From a virus (taxonomy: Duplodnaviria > Caudoviricetes), in the IMG/VR virus record IMGVR_UViG_3300010366_000019, positions 1-45,401 of that record: a stretch of 45,401 nt of DNA, one strand, 5' to 3'. Each line of letters opens with the position of its first letter. Position 1 is the stretch's first letter. Shown one piece after another: positions 25,076 to 34,512 of this stretch. The position numbers and the translations under genes are program-made. The notes below the pieces were generated by a model. It ran no database searches. It saw nothing but the letters and a program-made list of their open reading frames with translations, and was not told where the DNA came from.

Positions 25076-26823
25076 CGGAACCTCCTGGGCACGTACTTGG
25101 CGACGATGCCATCGACGCCCCACTTCGACAAGGGCGTGGTCGGCGAGGCCCGGACCCGCATCTGCACGGACCGAGCCAGGCCCATCGAGCCCGCCCGCAG
25201 CAGCATCGAACCCTGACGGGCCGAGGCCCAGTCCGCACCGGTGCCGGTCGGATCCGCCTTGCCACCCGGTGTCCAGTCGAAGCCGCCGGCTTCGGCCTCC
25301 GCGAAGCCCGTATCCGTCCAGTAGACGTCGCCCTCGGCCTTGATCCGCAGCGTGCGGGTGCGGTGGATCGTCGTCTCGTTGTAGTCACGGAACGTCTCGA
25401 CGAGGATGTCGACGTCGTGGTTGACCTGGCGGGCCACGAACGTCGGGCGCCGCCACGACTTCTTGCGGTCCGGCCAGCCAGCGTGCAGCCAGCGGGTGCG
25501 GTAGTAGCTGTCGAACGGCTGTCCCGAGTAGACGCCGCCAACGACGCCGATTTCTTCGTTGTTGCTGGTGACGAGGTAGCTGTCGCCGGGGGCGGCACCG
25601 AGCGACAGCGACGACGGAGGCAGCACGATGTCGTAGGCCTCGTCGATCACGTCGAGGGTCACCATCACCGCCACCTGGTCCGACCAGAACGCAGCCAGCG
25701 GGTACTTGGCGTTGACGTCGGAGCCGTCGAGCACGGGGCCCACGGCCCCGAAGTTCGAGCGGTACATCACCCACGCCCCGGCGTCGCCGATCTCAGGATC
25801 GAAGATGAACACCGATGACACCTGAGCGGTCGGTCCGACGTCCTTGACCCACGGCACGCCCACCCACAGCCGTCGCCCAGACCACGACACGAAGACGTTC
25901 TGGTAGGCGGTGATCTCCTGGAACGCCGGGCGCAGGTTCATCGAGATGTGCTTGGGCGTGTCGCCGCTGTAGCCGTAGATCCCGCCCCGGTCGGAGGCCG
26001 AGAAGAAGTAGACCGCCGTCTCCGAACGGGTGGCCGCGGTGATCGCCGGGCAGCCCACCGACAGCGACACCTTGATCAGCTGCCACGACTCGTCGTCGTA
26101 GCCGTACAGCGCCCACATCGAGTTGGTCTTGAAGATCAGCAGGTGGTCGCGGAACGACATGATCCCGGTGATCCGACCACCACCGGAGTCGATGTCCAAG
26201 AAGTCGTCGGAGCGCCAGGCGTCGGGGACCAGCGGATGCGACCAGCGAACCCGGGCGAAGTGGTTGGCCCCGGCCTCCTTGATGGAGGCGGTGAAGAGGT
26301 AGCCGGCGTGGGCGGCGCAGAACTCAGCCTGGGGCATGGTGCTGCGGGTCGGGGCATCGATCTCCGACCACGTCTCAGGCGTCATCGGCGTGACCACGCC
26401 CGACCCCTGCACCATCACCGAGGGGTTGTTCATCCCGCAGGCGATGTAGACCTGGTCCCCCCACGGTGTGAAGTCCGCACCGTGGGGGGTGGCTCCAGCG
26501 ACCACCGTGCCGAGGCGAGCGAAGACGGCGCTGCTGTCGGCCCAGTAGATCTTCGAGTTGTTGACGACGTTGACGTACTGCGATCCGTCAGCGTGGATGT
26601 GCACGAAGGCGTTGCGTGGCCGCCACGCCTCGACGGCCGGGTCGACCACGTCGTCAGCGTTCCAGCGCTGCCAGCCCTTGCGAGTGAAGAACCCGCCACG
26701 GGGATCGATGTCGACGTTGAGCAGGTCCGGCGACTCGTTGTCGGCCAGCTGGAACTGGTTGTGACGGAGGTTCAGGCCGCCCGTGAAGTCCATCAGGTTG
26801 AGGGGCTGGAGGCGGTTCGGCAT
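25072..26823 (-). CDS. Tail nozzle / tail tubular protein (beta-propeller)
   Basis: DFTGGLN N-terminus, VRWS..P..W; position after the adaptor. Confidence 0.7.
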   Translation of the reverse strand: MPNRLQPLNLMDFTGGLNLRHNQFQLADNESPDLLNVDIDPRGGFFTRKGWQRWNADDVVDPAVEAWRPRNAFVHIHADGSQYVNVVNNSKIYWADSSAVFARLGTVVAGATPHGADFTPWGDQVYIACGMNNPSVMVQGSGVVTPMTPETWSEIDAPTRSTMPQAEFCAAHAGYLFTASIKEAGANHFARVRWSHPLVPDAWRSDDFLDIDSGGGRITGIMSFRDHLLIFKTNSMWALYGYDDESWQLIKVSLSVGCPAITAATRSETAVYFFSASDRGGIYGYSGDTPKHISMNLRPAFQEITAYQNVFVSWSGRRLWVGVPWVKDVGPTAQVSSVFIFDPEIGDAGAWVMYRSNFGAVGPVLDGSDVNAKYPLAAFWSDQVAVMVTLDVIDEAYDIVLPPSSLSLGAAPGDSYLVTSNNEEIGVVGGVYSGQPFDSYYRTRWLHAGWPDRKKSWRRPTFVARQVNHDVDILVETFRDYNETTIHRTRTLRIKAEGDVYWTDTGFAEAEAGGFDWTPGGKADPTGTGADWASARQGSMLLRAGSMGLARSVQMRVRASPTTPLSKWGVDGIVAKYVPRRFR

Positions 26824-27513
26824 CTACGTCCCCGCCGGCGGCACGATGTAGTAGCTGTTGCCGCCGAGGGCGGCGGGCCCGCCGTTGAGGATCAGCGGAC
26901 GGTGACGAGGCGGATCCATGATCGCCCCCATGATCGCCTTGACGTCGCGATCCCAGCGGGCCATGTACACGCCTTCGAGGATCTCGTCCTCCTGGGCGGC
27001 GTAGGACAGACCCATGGCGTAGTAGGCGAGGGCGAACTGCAGCCGTTCGTCGAGATCGGGGATCGTCGACGCTGCGTCGTCCCACACCGGCTGACGGTAG
27101 CCCCGCACCTGGAGGTCGGCCGAGGTGGGCACCGGCCACAGTCGGAGCTCCCGGCCCCAGACCGACCAGTAGACGGGCACGCCGGTGGTCAGGGCGGCGT
27201 TCTGGGTCCACAGATCTTCGAGGTTCTCCTGGCTCATGTACGTCAGACGAGCGAACGCACCGGTGGCGACGGGGTCCACCATGACGACCGAGATGATCGA
27301 GGACACCAGCACGTCGGCGGGCAGCGACACGGTGTCGGCGTCGGGGATCTTGGAGACCGACCACACCTTCTCGTAGCGAGGCCAGCGGTTGTCCAGGCTG
27401 ACGGTGCGGGTGAAGGCGTCCTGGAGGTACGGGTTCAGCAGGACGTCAGGGAGCTCCTCGTCGTCCATCTCCAGGTGGTTGCGGACGTAGCTGCGCAGGC
27501 TGCCAACGTCCAT
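26824..27513 (-). CDS. Head-tail adaptor protein
   Basis: G.P.YW...LRLWPVP motif; position after capsid. Confidence 0.7.
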   Translation of the reverse strand: MDVGSLRSYVRNHLEMDDEELPDVLLNPYLQDAFTRTVSLDNRWPRYEKVWSVSKIPDADTVSLPADVLVSSIISVVMVDPVATGAFARLTYMSQENLEDLWTQNAALTTGVPVYWSVWGRELRLWPVPTSADLQVRGYRQPVWDDAASTIPDLDERLQFALAYYAMGLSYAAQEDEILEGVYMARWDRDVKAIMGAIMDPPRHRPLILNGGPAALGGNSYYIVPPAGT

Positions 27514-27932
27514 CAGTCGTCCTCGAACAGGTCATCCACCTCGACGGCGGGGCGCTCGTTCGACGGCCACGCCGGGAGTCCGTCAGCCTGGCGACCATGG
27601 GCGTTGCAGTACTGGCCGTCGTACTTCTTGGTGGCCCAGGCCATGCACGTGTCGCCGTTGCCCATGCACTTCTTGGCCCGCTTCGGCGAGCGGTAGCCCC
27701 ACGGGTTCGGCGGTTCGCTCGGGCGCTCGCCGACCTCCGGCCCCTTGTACGGAGCGGTCGACAGGATCGCCCGCCCGAAGTTCGGGTTGGTGGTATCAAC
27801 CTCGCCACCGCCACCGACGCGTTCGCCGCTCACGGCGTGGAGCAGCGACACCCCCTCGCCGTGCCCGACCACGCTGGCCTTGCGCTCGTTGTGGTTTCCG
27901 CTCGGCGGGGTTCCCCACTTGACGATCGGCAT
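27513..27932 (-). CDS. Hypothetical protein with a Cys/His motif
   Basis: aggagg RBS; KCMGNGDTC..YCNAH. Confidence 0.6.
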   Translation of the reverse strand: MPIVKWGTPPSGNHNERKASVVGHGEGVSLLHAVSGERVGGGGEVDTTNPNFGRAILSTAPYKGPEVGERPSEPPNPWGYRSPKRAKKCMGNGDTCMAWATKKYDGQYCNAHGRQADGLPAWPSNERPAVEVDDLFEDD

Positions 27933-27949
27933 CGCTCCTCCTTCATCAC

Positions 27950-27983
27950 TGCTGGGGCCGCTGCACGTGCAGCGACCCCAGCA
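27950..27983 (-). repeat. Extended hairpin with the 16-bp palindrome (27959-27974) as apex, downstream of the capsid gene
   Basis: - strand: tgctggggt-CGCTGCACGTGCAGCG-gccccagca; the one non-WC pair is G-U only on the - (coding) strand. Confidence 0.9.
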
Positions 27984-27989
27984 TGGTGC

Positions 27990-29093
27990 TCACGCGAACG
28001 TTGCCCCGGTGATCTTGAAGTTGCGCCGGCGCTCACGCGTCGTCGTGTTGCCGTACGTCGTGATGAAGCTCACCCGGGCGTCGATGGCGTAGGCCGCCGG
28101 CGACGCTGCGGTGGAGCCCGGGTTGGCGTTGGTGTTCGACGACACGGAACCGGAGAGGTTCGACGTGAACGGGCTCTGGCTGAAGTTGCGGTCCGAGTGG
28201 AGGGTCAGGCCGATGTACTTCGAGTTGAGCCCGAGGGCCGTACCGGTCGGGCAGTCGGGGTCCCAGTACAGCGGCACGTTCTTGAACAGCAGGTTCTGGA
28301 ACCCGAGGTTCGCCTTGGACGTGTCGGTGTAGCGGACCTGGGGGGTGAGGCTCGCCTCGTAGGCCTCGAACCACCCGGCCCCCGAGAAGATGGCGTCGAC
28401 GTGGTCGGAGCCGCCATCGGAGGCCAGCAGGAACATGTGCCGCAGGCAGGTCTCCAACTCCTTGCCGTCGTACGGCGACGTCAACGCCGTGCCCGGCATG
28501 GTGATGGCCGCGCCGAGGGCGTCCGTCCCGGTGTTCGTGCCTGCGTCCCACGTCGGGGCTCGCCACTGATTCTCCGGGGCCGGGGCGGCGGCCGGGGTGA
28601 TGCCACCGCAGGCGGCCGTGGCGTCGATCAGGGTGGTGAACGGCGTGAAGTCGGTCGGCAGGGCGGCGCCGCCACGGGTGCCGTAGAGCATCGTCGAGAG
28701 GAGCTTGCGGAGCGTCTGCTCGGCCTGCATCACCTTCGCCTCGACGAGGTTGATCATCTGCTCCTTGCCGTTGTTCTGCGCCTCTTCCAGGCCGGAGATG
28801 ATGATCGTGGCGTACAGCTGGCGCCAGGCGTACTGGGCGGCCGAGATGCCGGCCACCGCGTTGACCTGCAGCTGCTGCCACGGGCCGTACGAGTTGGCCT
28901 CGCCCGGGCCCAGCAGGAGGGGCTCGACGATGCTGATGCCGCCGTCGATCGTGCGGACACGACCGTTGCTCATCAGGTATTCGAGGAGCGGGAGGGAACC
29001 GAAGATGTTGTCCGTCAACGTCTTGCGGTAGTTGTGCATCGTGGTCGACAGGATCGTGTCCCACGTGGTCGGGGTATGTGTAGCAAGCGCCAC
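27990..29093 (-). CDS. Major capsid protein
   Basis: 367 aa after scaffold; DNIF..PLL, GG..I.EPL, GFQNLLFKNVP..WD pattern. Confidence 0.85.
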   Translation of the reverse strand: MALATHTPTTWDTILSTTMHNYRKTLTDNIFGSLPLLEYLMSNGRVRTIDGGISIVEPLLLGPGEANSYGPWQQLQVNAVAGISAAQYAWRQLYATIIISGLEEAQNNGKEQMINLVEAKVMQAEQTLRKLLSTMLYGTRGGAALPTDFTPFTTLIDATAACGGITPAAAPAPENQWRAPTWDAGTNTGTDALGAAITMPGTALTSPYDGKELETCLRHMFLLASDGGSDHVDAIFSGAGWFEAYEASLTPQVRYTDTSKANLGFQNLLFKNVPLYWDPDCPTGTALGLNSKYIGLTLHSDRNFSQSPFTSNLSGSVSSNTNANPGSTAASPAAYAIDARVSFITTYGNTTTRERRRNFKITGATFA

Positions 29094-29118
29094 AGATCAG
29101 CCTTTCGGGTTGATCCGC

Positions 29119-29967
29119 TCAGCCCCTTTCGGCCTGGTCGAAGGCCGCTTCGATGGCTTCGCGGAGGGTCATGCGTCCTCCGGAGTCCACCTGGCTATTC
29201 AGACCCCCAGCCCCCCGTGCTCCACTCGACACCACCTGCCCGGCTGACCGCTTGGCCGCCGTGCGTCGCTCGGTCTCGGCCTGCTGCTGCGCCTCGGCTT
29301 CGCGTGCGGCACGCACCCGAGCGCTCAGTCGGTCGAAGGCCATCGTCTTGTAGATCATCGGCAACGCATCGAAGCCGTACCCGTTCTGGTACGCCACCCC
29401 GATCACCTGCTGGAGGTCCTCATTGCTGAGGTTGAACTCCGATCGCAACCCTTCGACGGCCCTTGCCAGCGCCTCGTCCGATTCCTTCTGCGTGATGCGG
29501 TCTTCGAGCGCCAGGCGAGCCTGACGTTCCTCGTGCACCGCTCGCTCCAGCGGGTCGGTGTACTCGGGCTCCGGCTCCGGGGCCTGCTGTTGCGGGCCCT
29601 GGAGCCCGAGCCCGTACTGCTGCGCCAGGATCTGCAGCGTCATGGCGGGGTTCGCCTCCAGCGCTCGCTGGAGGTTCATCCCGTACTCGGCTTCCTGGCG
29701 CTGCTGCGCCACCTGCTGCATCGAGCGGGTGAAGTGGGACTCCCGTGAGTACCCCTTCAACGCTTCCGAATAAGGAACCTCGACGTCTTCACCGTCGACC
29801 TTGACGCGCACGTAGCGGTTGTCAGGGTCCTCGATCTCGACGTACTGACGTGGCGGCTCTGGTTCGCCACCTTCGTCCGGTTGCTCAACGGCCTCTGACC
29901 CGGCTTCCCCGATTGGCTCGGGACCTGCGTCGGCCACCCCCTCTGACGAGGGCTCTTCCATCGACAC
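29119..29967 (-). CDS. Capsid scaffolding protein
   Basis: VKVDGEDVEV..E.LKGY.R..FTR..Q motif; acidic and helical. Confidence 0.8.
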   Translation of the reverse strand: MSMEEPSSEGVADAGPEPIGEAGSEAVEQPDEGGEPEPPRQYVEIEDPDNRYVRVKVDGEDVEVPYSEALKGYSRESHFTRSMQQVAQQRQEAEYGMNLQRALEANPAMTLQILAQQYGLGLQGPQQQAPEPEPEYTDPLERAVHEERQARLALEDRITQKESDEALARAVEGLRSEFNLSNEDLQQVIGVAYQNGYGFDALPMIYKTMAFDRLSARVRAAREAEAQQQAETERRTAAKRSAGQVVSSGARGAGGLNSQVDSGGRMTLREAIEAAFDQAERG

Positions 29968-30007
29968 TGAGTTCCTCCCTCAGGCGTGCTCAGTCCTTTG
30001 ATTGGGG

Positions 30008-30020
30008 AGTATGACACCCC
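30008..30020 (-). promoter_or_regulatory. Putative extended -10 promoter for scaffold/capsid genes
   Basis: - strand GGGG-TGt-CATACT in the portal-scaffold gap. Confidence 0.45.
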
Positions 30021-30034
30021 CCAAGGTGATGTGG

Positions 30035-31975
30035 CTAGGGGGCGCCCCCGTTCCCCATCAATGCCGCCATCAACTCCGGCGACATGGCGGGCGGGCGCGC
30101 CGTGGGGGCGCTGCCCGGCGGCACCGGCAGGCCGCCGCCGGGCGGCATCCCAGCGTCCGGCGGTGGGCCACCGGGCGGCATCGGCGCCGTGCCACCAGGA
30201 GCGTTCTGGTCCAGCTGCTGCTGGTCCGGCGGCGGACCCTGCTGGTCCTGCACCTCCTGGGGCTGGCCGGTGTTCGGATCCATCTGCGGCGGCGGGCCCG
30301 ACGCCATCAGGAAGGCGGCCGTGTCCTTGACGCCGAAGCCCTTCTGCAGGATGTACATGTACAGCCCCTGCGGGTTGGCCACGCCCATCTGCAGGAACGG
30401 CATCGAGGCGTCGACCAGCTGCATCGCCGACTGCCGCCGGAACGTCTCGTTCATCGGCTCGGTCGAGCCGGCAGCCACCTCGAAGTCGAACTCGCCCTGG
30501 ATGTAGTCCTTGTCGTACGGGACCCAGACGTTGCCGGGCATCGTCACGATCCGGGCCACCTGCTGCCCGGTCAGGAACTGCTGCATCAGGCCGATGATCC
30601 GCTCGCCGAGGCGGGCCAGCGCCCCCTCGATCGAGGCCAGGCGGTCCTGGGCTCGGCTGTTGGCCGAGTCCTGGATCATCGCCGCCTCGGTGGCGGTGCG
30701 CTTCATGGTGTTGGCCGTCGACCCCCGCTGGTAGTCGGTGACCCCCGAGACCCGGTCGATGTCGTTGGTGATCATCGCCGACTGGTCGTAGAACTCGGAC
30801 GGCGTGATCACGGCCGGGAGCGGGGCGATCACGTTGGCCGGGTTGCCGTCCGACATCACCGGGATCATCGTGTTATCGACGTCGGCTTCGAGCGCCTGCA
30901 CGCCCTCACGGTCGAAGGCGTCCCGCTCGTACAGCCACTTCCGCTGGAAGCGGGCCCGGTGCTGCATCATCTGCGTGCGGGTCTTGTTGAGCTCCAGCTG
31001 CAGCGGCTCGATCTGCTCGATGTCACCGATCGGGTAGAAGTGGTCGGCCACCTCATAGTTACGCAGCATCTCGAACGGGTGCCCCATGGCGTAGGGCATC
31101 GGGCGGGGCTTGATCAGGAAGCCCGACTCGTCCCCGGTGTCGTCGGAGTCGAGCGAGAACGTGCACATCGTGCCGAGCTTGATGTCGTAGTACTCGATGA
31201 TCTCGCAGTACGACTTGGCCCCCCGGTTCGGCTCCTCGCCCTCGCGGGCGTCGGAGTCTCCGGCTGACGACCAGCGCGACCAGCCCGTGGACGACACCTT
31301 CTTGCGGGCCGCCGCGTCGTAGCGGCTGTCGACCTGGACGTCCTGCACCGGGCGCCAGATCCGCTGGGCGATCCAGCACATCTCCTTGGGGTGGCGGGCG
31401 TCGGGGTCGACGAACATGTCGAACGGGCTGATGCGCTCGACGAACGGGCGGTCGTCGTAGATGTACATCTCCGACTCGACGTTGCCCTCGATGTCGTCAC
31501 GGTCATCGATGCCGACGTCGGCACCGGCGTTTCCGTAGCTCGGCTCGGTGGCGTCGACCGACTTCTCCTCCGGCGGCTTGGTGAACTTGTAGCCGACCTT
31601 GCACCAGCCGTGCCCGATGATGAGCTCGTCGTTGACGGCGAGGCGGAACTCGTCCTGGTACCGCCACTGGCGCCACAGGTAGTTGAGGACTTCCTCGGTG
31701 ACCGTGGCCTGCGGGGCGGCCTGCGGGTTGCGGGCGTTGACCACGAACTTGGGGTTGTTCACCGCCACCGCCGGGGCCAGCGTGTTGATCGTCGAGAAGC
31801 ACAGGTTGACCACGAGCTTGTCGCCCGGCACATCGGTCTGGTACTGCTTCCCCCGGTACAGGTCGATGTAGCGCTTCCAGTCGTCGTCGTAGCCCTCGTC
31901 GGTCCGCCACCGCTTCGAGCGGCGCAACTCGTCCCGGTAGTACTGCAGCCGGTCGCTGAGCTTCAGCCTTGCCAC
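30035..31975 (-). CDS. Portal protein
   Basis: 646 aa after terL; VERISPFDMFVDP, TATEA motif, Pro/Gln-rich tail. Confidence 0.85.
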   Translation of the reverse strand: MARLKLSDRLQYYRDELRRSKRWRTDEGYDDDWKRYIDLYRGKQYQTDVPGDKLVVNLCFSTINTLAPAVAVNNPKFVVNARNPQAAPQATVTEEVLNYLWRQWRYQDEFRLAVNDELIIGHGWCKVGYKFTKPPEEKSVDATEPSYGNAGADVGIDDRDDIEGNVESEMYIYDDRPFVERISPFDMFVDPDARHPKEMCWIAQRIWRPVQDVQVDSRYDAAARKKVSSTGWSRWSSAGDSDAREGEEPNRGAKSYCEIIEYYDIKLGTMCTFSLDSDDTGDESGFLIKPRPMPYAMGHPFEMLRNYEVADHFYPIGDIEQIEPLQLELNKTRTQMMQHRARFQRKWLYERDAFDREGVQALEADVDNTMIPVMSDGNPANVIAPLPAVITPSEFYDQSAMITNDIDRVSGVTDYQRGSTANTMKRTATEAAMIQDSANSRAQDRLASIEGALARLGERIIGLMQQFLTGQQVARIVTMPGNVWVPYDKDYIQGEFDFEVAAGSTEPMNETFRRQSAMQLVDASMPFLQMGVANPQGLYMYILQKGFGVKDTAAFLMASGPPPQMDPNTGQPQEVQDQQGPPPDQQQLDQNAPGGTAPMPPGGPPPDAGMPPGGGLPVPPGSAPTARPPAMSPELMAALMGNGGAP

Positions 31976-32184
31976 GGTTGACTCCCCATGTGTGCGACGC
32001 CGTCGCGCTTGGTGTCGCCGATGTGCTCGGCCACGAACTCAGCGTTGGTGCGTTCCCGGAAGTTGTCCTTGCCGTACATCTGGCCCCCGCCACGCCACAC
32101 GTAGCCGACCGTGAGCAGACGACAGCGGAAGCAGAGATCCTTGCCCTCTTCAGCGGGGCGCATCCCGCAGTCGTCGCAGATCAC
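31963..32184 (-). CDS. Small Zn-ribbon protein
   Basis: GTGA overlap; CDDC...CFRC. Confidence 0.55.
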   Translation of the reverse strand: MICDDCGMRPAEEGKDLCFRCRLLTVGYVWRGGGQMYGKDNFRERTNAEFVAEHIGDTKRDGVAHMGSQPWQG

Positions 32185-32564
32185 GTGTAGGTGAACCCTC
32201 CGGCCTTGGTGATGTTGCCGTCCGGGTCGAGGACGACGACGTTCTTGGCTCCGGCGGTACCGGCGGGCGTGACGCAGGTGATCGTGGTGTCGTTGACGAC
32301 GACGAACGAGGTGGCGGCCGCGCCGCCGACCGTGACGCCGGTGGTACCGACGAAGAAGGTGCCGGTGATCGTGATCGCCGTGCCGCCAGCCGTCGTTCCC
32401 GACGACGGGGTGACGGTGCTGATCGTCGTCACCGCCGGCGGCGCCAGCGTCGAGGACTCGCCCCACGTGTCGTGGGGCACGGTGTCGTAGCCCCGGGCGT
32501 ACTGGCGCACGTTCGGGCGGACGTGCTTCTTCGACGGCGGGCGCTGGGCGTCGAGTCGACTCAT
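32181..32564 (-). CDS. IPT/TIG (Ig-like) domain virion protein
   Basis: ISTVTPSSG..AGGT.ITITG..F..V.VGG......NDTTITCVTP; gaggag RBS. Confidence 0.8.
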   Translation of the reverse strand: MSRLDAQRPPSKKHVRPNVRQYARGYDTVPHDTWGESSTLAPPAVTTISTVTPSSGTTAGGTAITITGTFFVGTTGVTVGGAAATSFVVVNDTTITCVTPAGTAGAKNVVVLDPDGNITKAGGFTYT

Positions 32565-34213
32565 GACAGAACCCTCCTCGGGTCTCGGACGGTGTGCTGC
32601 CCGATCGGCTCGGGCTCGTTGGGCAGCCGCCGGGCGTTGGATTCGATGTGCGACATCAGGTCGTCGCCATACAACTGCTTCTCGAACCAGCCCATCGATC
32701 CCGGCGGGGGCTCGCGCTCCGGCTCGTACTGCTTCAGCCACACGTACTTGACCATCTGGTTGGCGATCGAGAGGCTGATGACTCGATCGTCGAACGGCGA
32801 GCCCGACATCTTCCCGGCGTCGTCACGCACGAACGTGCGCAGTTCGCTGAGCGTGCCGTCGTCGTAGAGCGTGACGGCCTGCTCCCGCAGCGCCATGTTG
32901 AGCTCGTCGACGGCGAGGGGCTTGGTGATCTGCGTGGTGCGCCAGCCCAGGATGTCGGTGGGCACCGAGCGCTTGTAGCGGGGCGACCGCTGCATGTACA
33001 GCGGGTGGTAGTGCTGGCGGTGCAGCGCTTTGAGCGTGGTCAGGCCGTGGTTGTTCGACTCCACGCCGATCAGGGCGTCGAAGTACCAGTGGCCGAGCGG
33101 AGCCAGCACGTCGGTGCCGAAGAGATCGGGATCGATACGACCGTGCCACGTCGCCACCACGTCGCCGTCACGGACATTGATGACGTGGACGGAGGAGAAG
33201 TCGCCGTGCTCCAGGCCCTGGGCCGGGTCGGCACCGATGGCGTAGCGCGCTGACTCGTCGGGGAACTGCCAGATCCGCAGCGGCCCACCGGGCTCGGGCA
33301 GGAACCCGAAGCTGCGGTACTCGGCCAGGTAGCCCTCGGCCAGCGGGTCACGCACCGAGGCGCCGACCAGGCGCAGCACCTCCAGGCTGAACGCCGGACG
33401 CCCGGACTTGAGGAACGCCTCCTCCGGGTTGTCCGGGTACTCCTGGGCCAGCTGCCACTCGGGCAGGTCTTCCTTCTTCTCGTCGTACCAGGCCTGATCG
33501 CGGCCGTTCGCGTACCACGGGTGGAACATGCACTTGAAACGGTTGGTCTTGTTGGTGGCCCCCACCCACAGGGTGTGGAACAGATTGCCCTCGCCCTGCG
33601 CCGTGGACAGCGCGATGACCCGGCCACCGACGTCAGCGATCGGCTCGATCGACGACCAGGCCTCGTCGGCGTTGGGCAGGTAGGCGAGCTCGTCGACGAT
33701 CACCAGGCTCACCGTCTCGCCTCGGGCGGGGTCCGACGCCGAGGGCAGCGACTCGATGTAGCTCTCGTTGGAGAACTCGAACTTGGTCTGCGTCTGGTTC
33801 ATCGGCGGGCCCCGGAACTTCATCCACTCGGGCAGGAACCGATAGACGTACTTGGCCTTGGCCAACAGCTTGATGGCGTCGCGCTCGGTGCGGCTCAGCA
33901 TGATGACGACGCGATCGGGATAGAAGAACGTCAGCCAGAAGGCGTAGACGGACACCAGCGTGGAGAACCCCAGCTGCCGGGCCTTGAGCATCAGGCTGTA
34001 GCGGTTGCGGATCCAGAGCTCGACCGACTCCTTCTGCGAATCGAAGAGATCGAAGGGGATGCGCCCGTGCTCGGGGTGCTTGATGTAGGCGTAGTTGTGG
34101 CAGAAGTAGACGAACGCATCGAGCAGCTTCTTGGGGTCGCGGGTCTGCGGGCTACAGCGCCGCCACTCCCGCTCCTCCAGGAGCTCGTTGAGGTCGATAT
34201 CGACGGTGCTCAC
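32561..34213 (-). CDS. terL: Terminase large subunit
   Basis: LKARQLGFST Walker A, LVIVDE Walker B, GADPAQG and DDRVIS nuclease motifs. Confidence 0.92.
   Translation of the reverse strand: MSTVDIDLNELLEEREWRRCSPQTRDPKKLLDAFVYFCHNYAYIKHPEHGRIPFDLFDSQKESVELWIRNRYSLMLKARQLGFSTLVSVYAFWLTFFYPDRVVIMLSRTERDAIKLLAKAKYVYRFLPEWMKFRGPPMNQTQTKFEFSNESYIESLPSASDPARGETVSLVIVDELAYLPNADEAWSSIEPIADVGGRVIALSTAQGEGNLFHTLWVGATNKTNRFKCMFHPWYANGRDQAWYDEKKEDLPEWQLAQEYPDNPEEAFLKSGRPAFSLEVLRLVGASVRDPLAEGYLAEYRSFGFLPEPGGPLRIWQFPDESARYAIGADPAQGLEHGDFSSVHVINVRDGDVVATWHGRIDPDLFGTDVLAPLGHWYFDALIGVESNNHGLTTLKALHRQHYHPLYMQRSPRYKRSVPTDILGWRTTQITKPLAVDELNMALREQAVTLYDDGTLSELRTFVRDDAGKMSGSPFDDRVISLSIANQMVKYVWLKQYEPEREPPPGSMGWFEKQLYGDDLMSHIESNARRLPNEPEPIGQHTVRDPRRVLS
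32988..33003. repeat. Degenerate palindrome CGCTGCATGTACAGCG
   Basis: 14/16 match inside terL (PLYMQR); may be coincidental. Confidence 0.4.
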
Positions 34214-34512
34214 GCCGGATCCGGGGGCCAGTGGGCCTGGACGGCCGCGGTGATCTGGGCGTCGGTGATGATGTCGGTGTCGTGGCCCGGTGCGCCACGA
34301 CCGGCGACGAGGGCGGTCTCGTAGGCCGCCTCGGTGTCGACGGCCACGGCGTACATCAACGGCTGCGTCGAGGCCACGCCCGCCTTGAGCTGCTGGGCGT
34401 AGACGGTGTCCTTCAACGTCGGGTTGTTGTTGGCCTCCTGCATCGCAGAGGCCGTGACTCGTGCTTGCAGGTCCGGGTCGTTGGCCGCTCGGGTGATCGA
34501 GGACAGGCTCAT
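34210..34512 (-). CDS. Small fibre-associated protein
   Basis: ITDAQITAAVQAHWP C-terminus typical of actinophage fibre partners; coupled. Confidence 0.6.
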   Translation of the reverse strand: MSLSSITRAANDPDLQARVTASAMQEANNNPTLKDTVYAQQLKAGVASTQPLMYAVAVDTEAAYETALVAGRGAPGHDTDIITDAQITAAVQAHWPPDPA

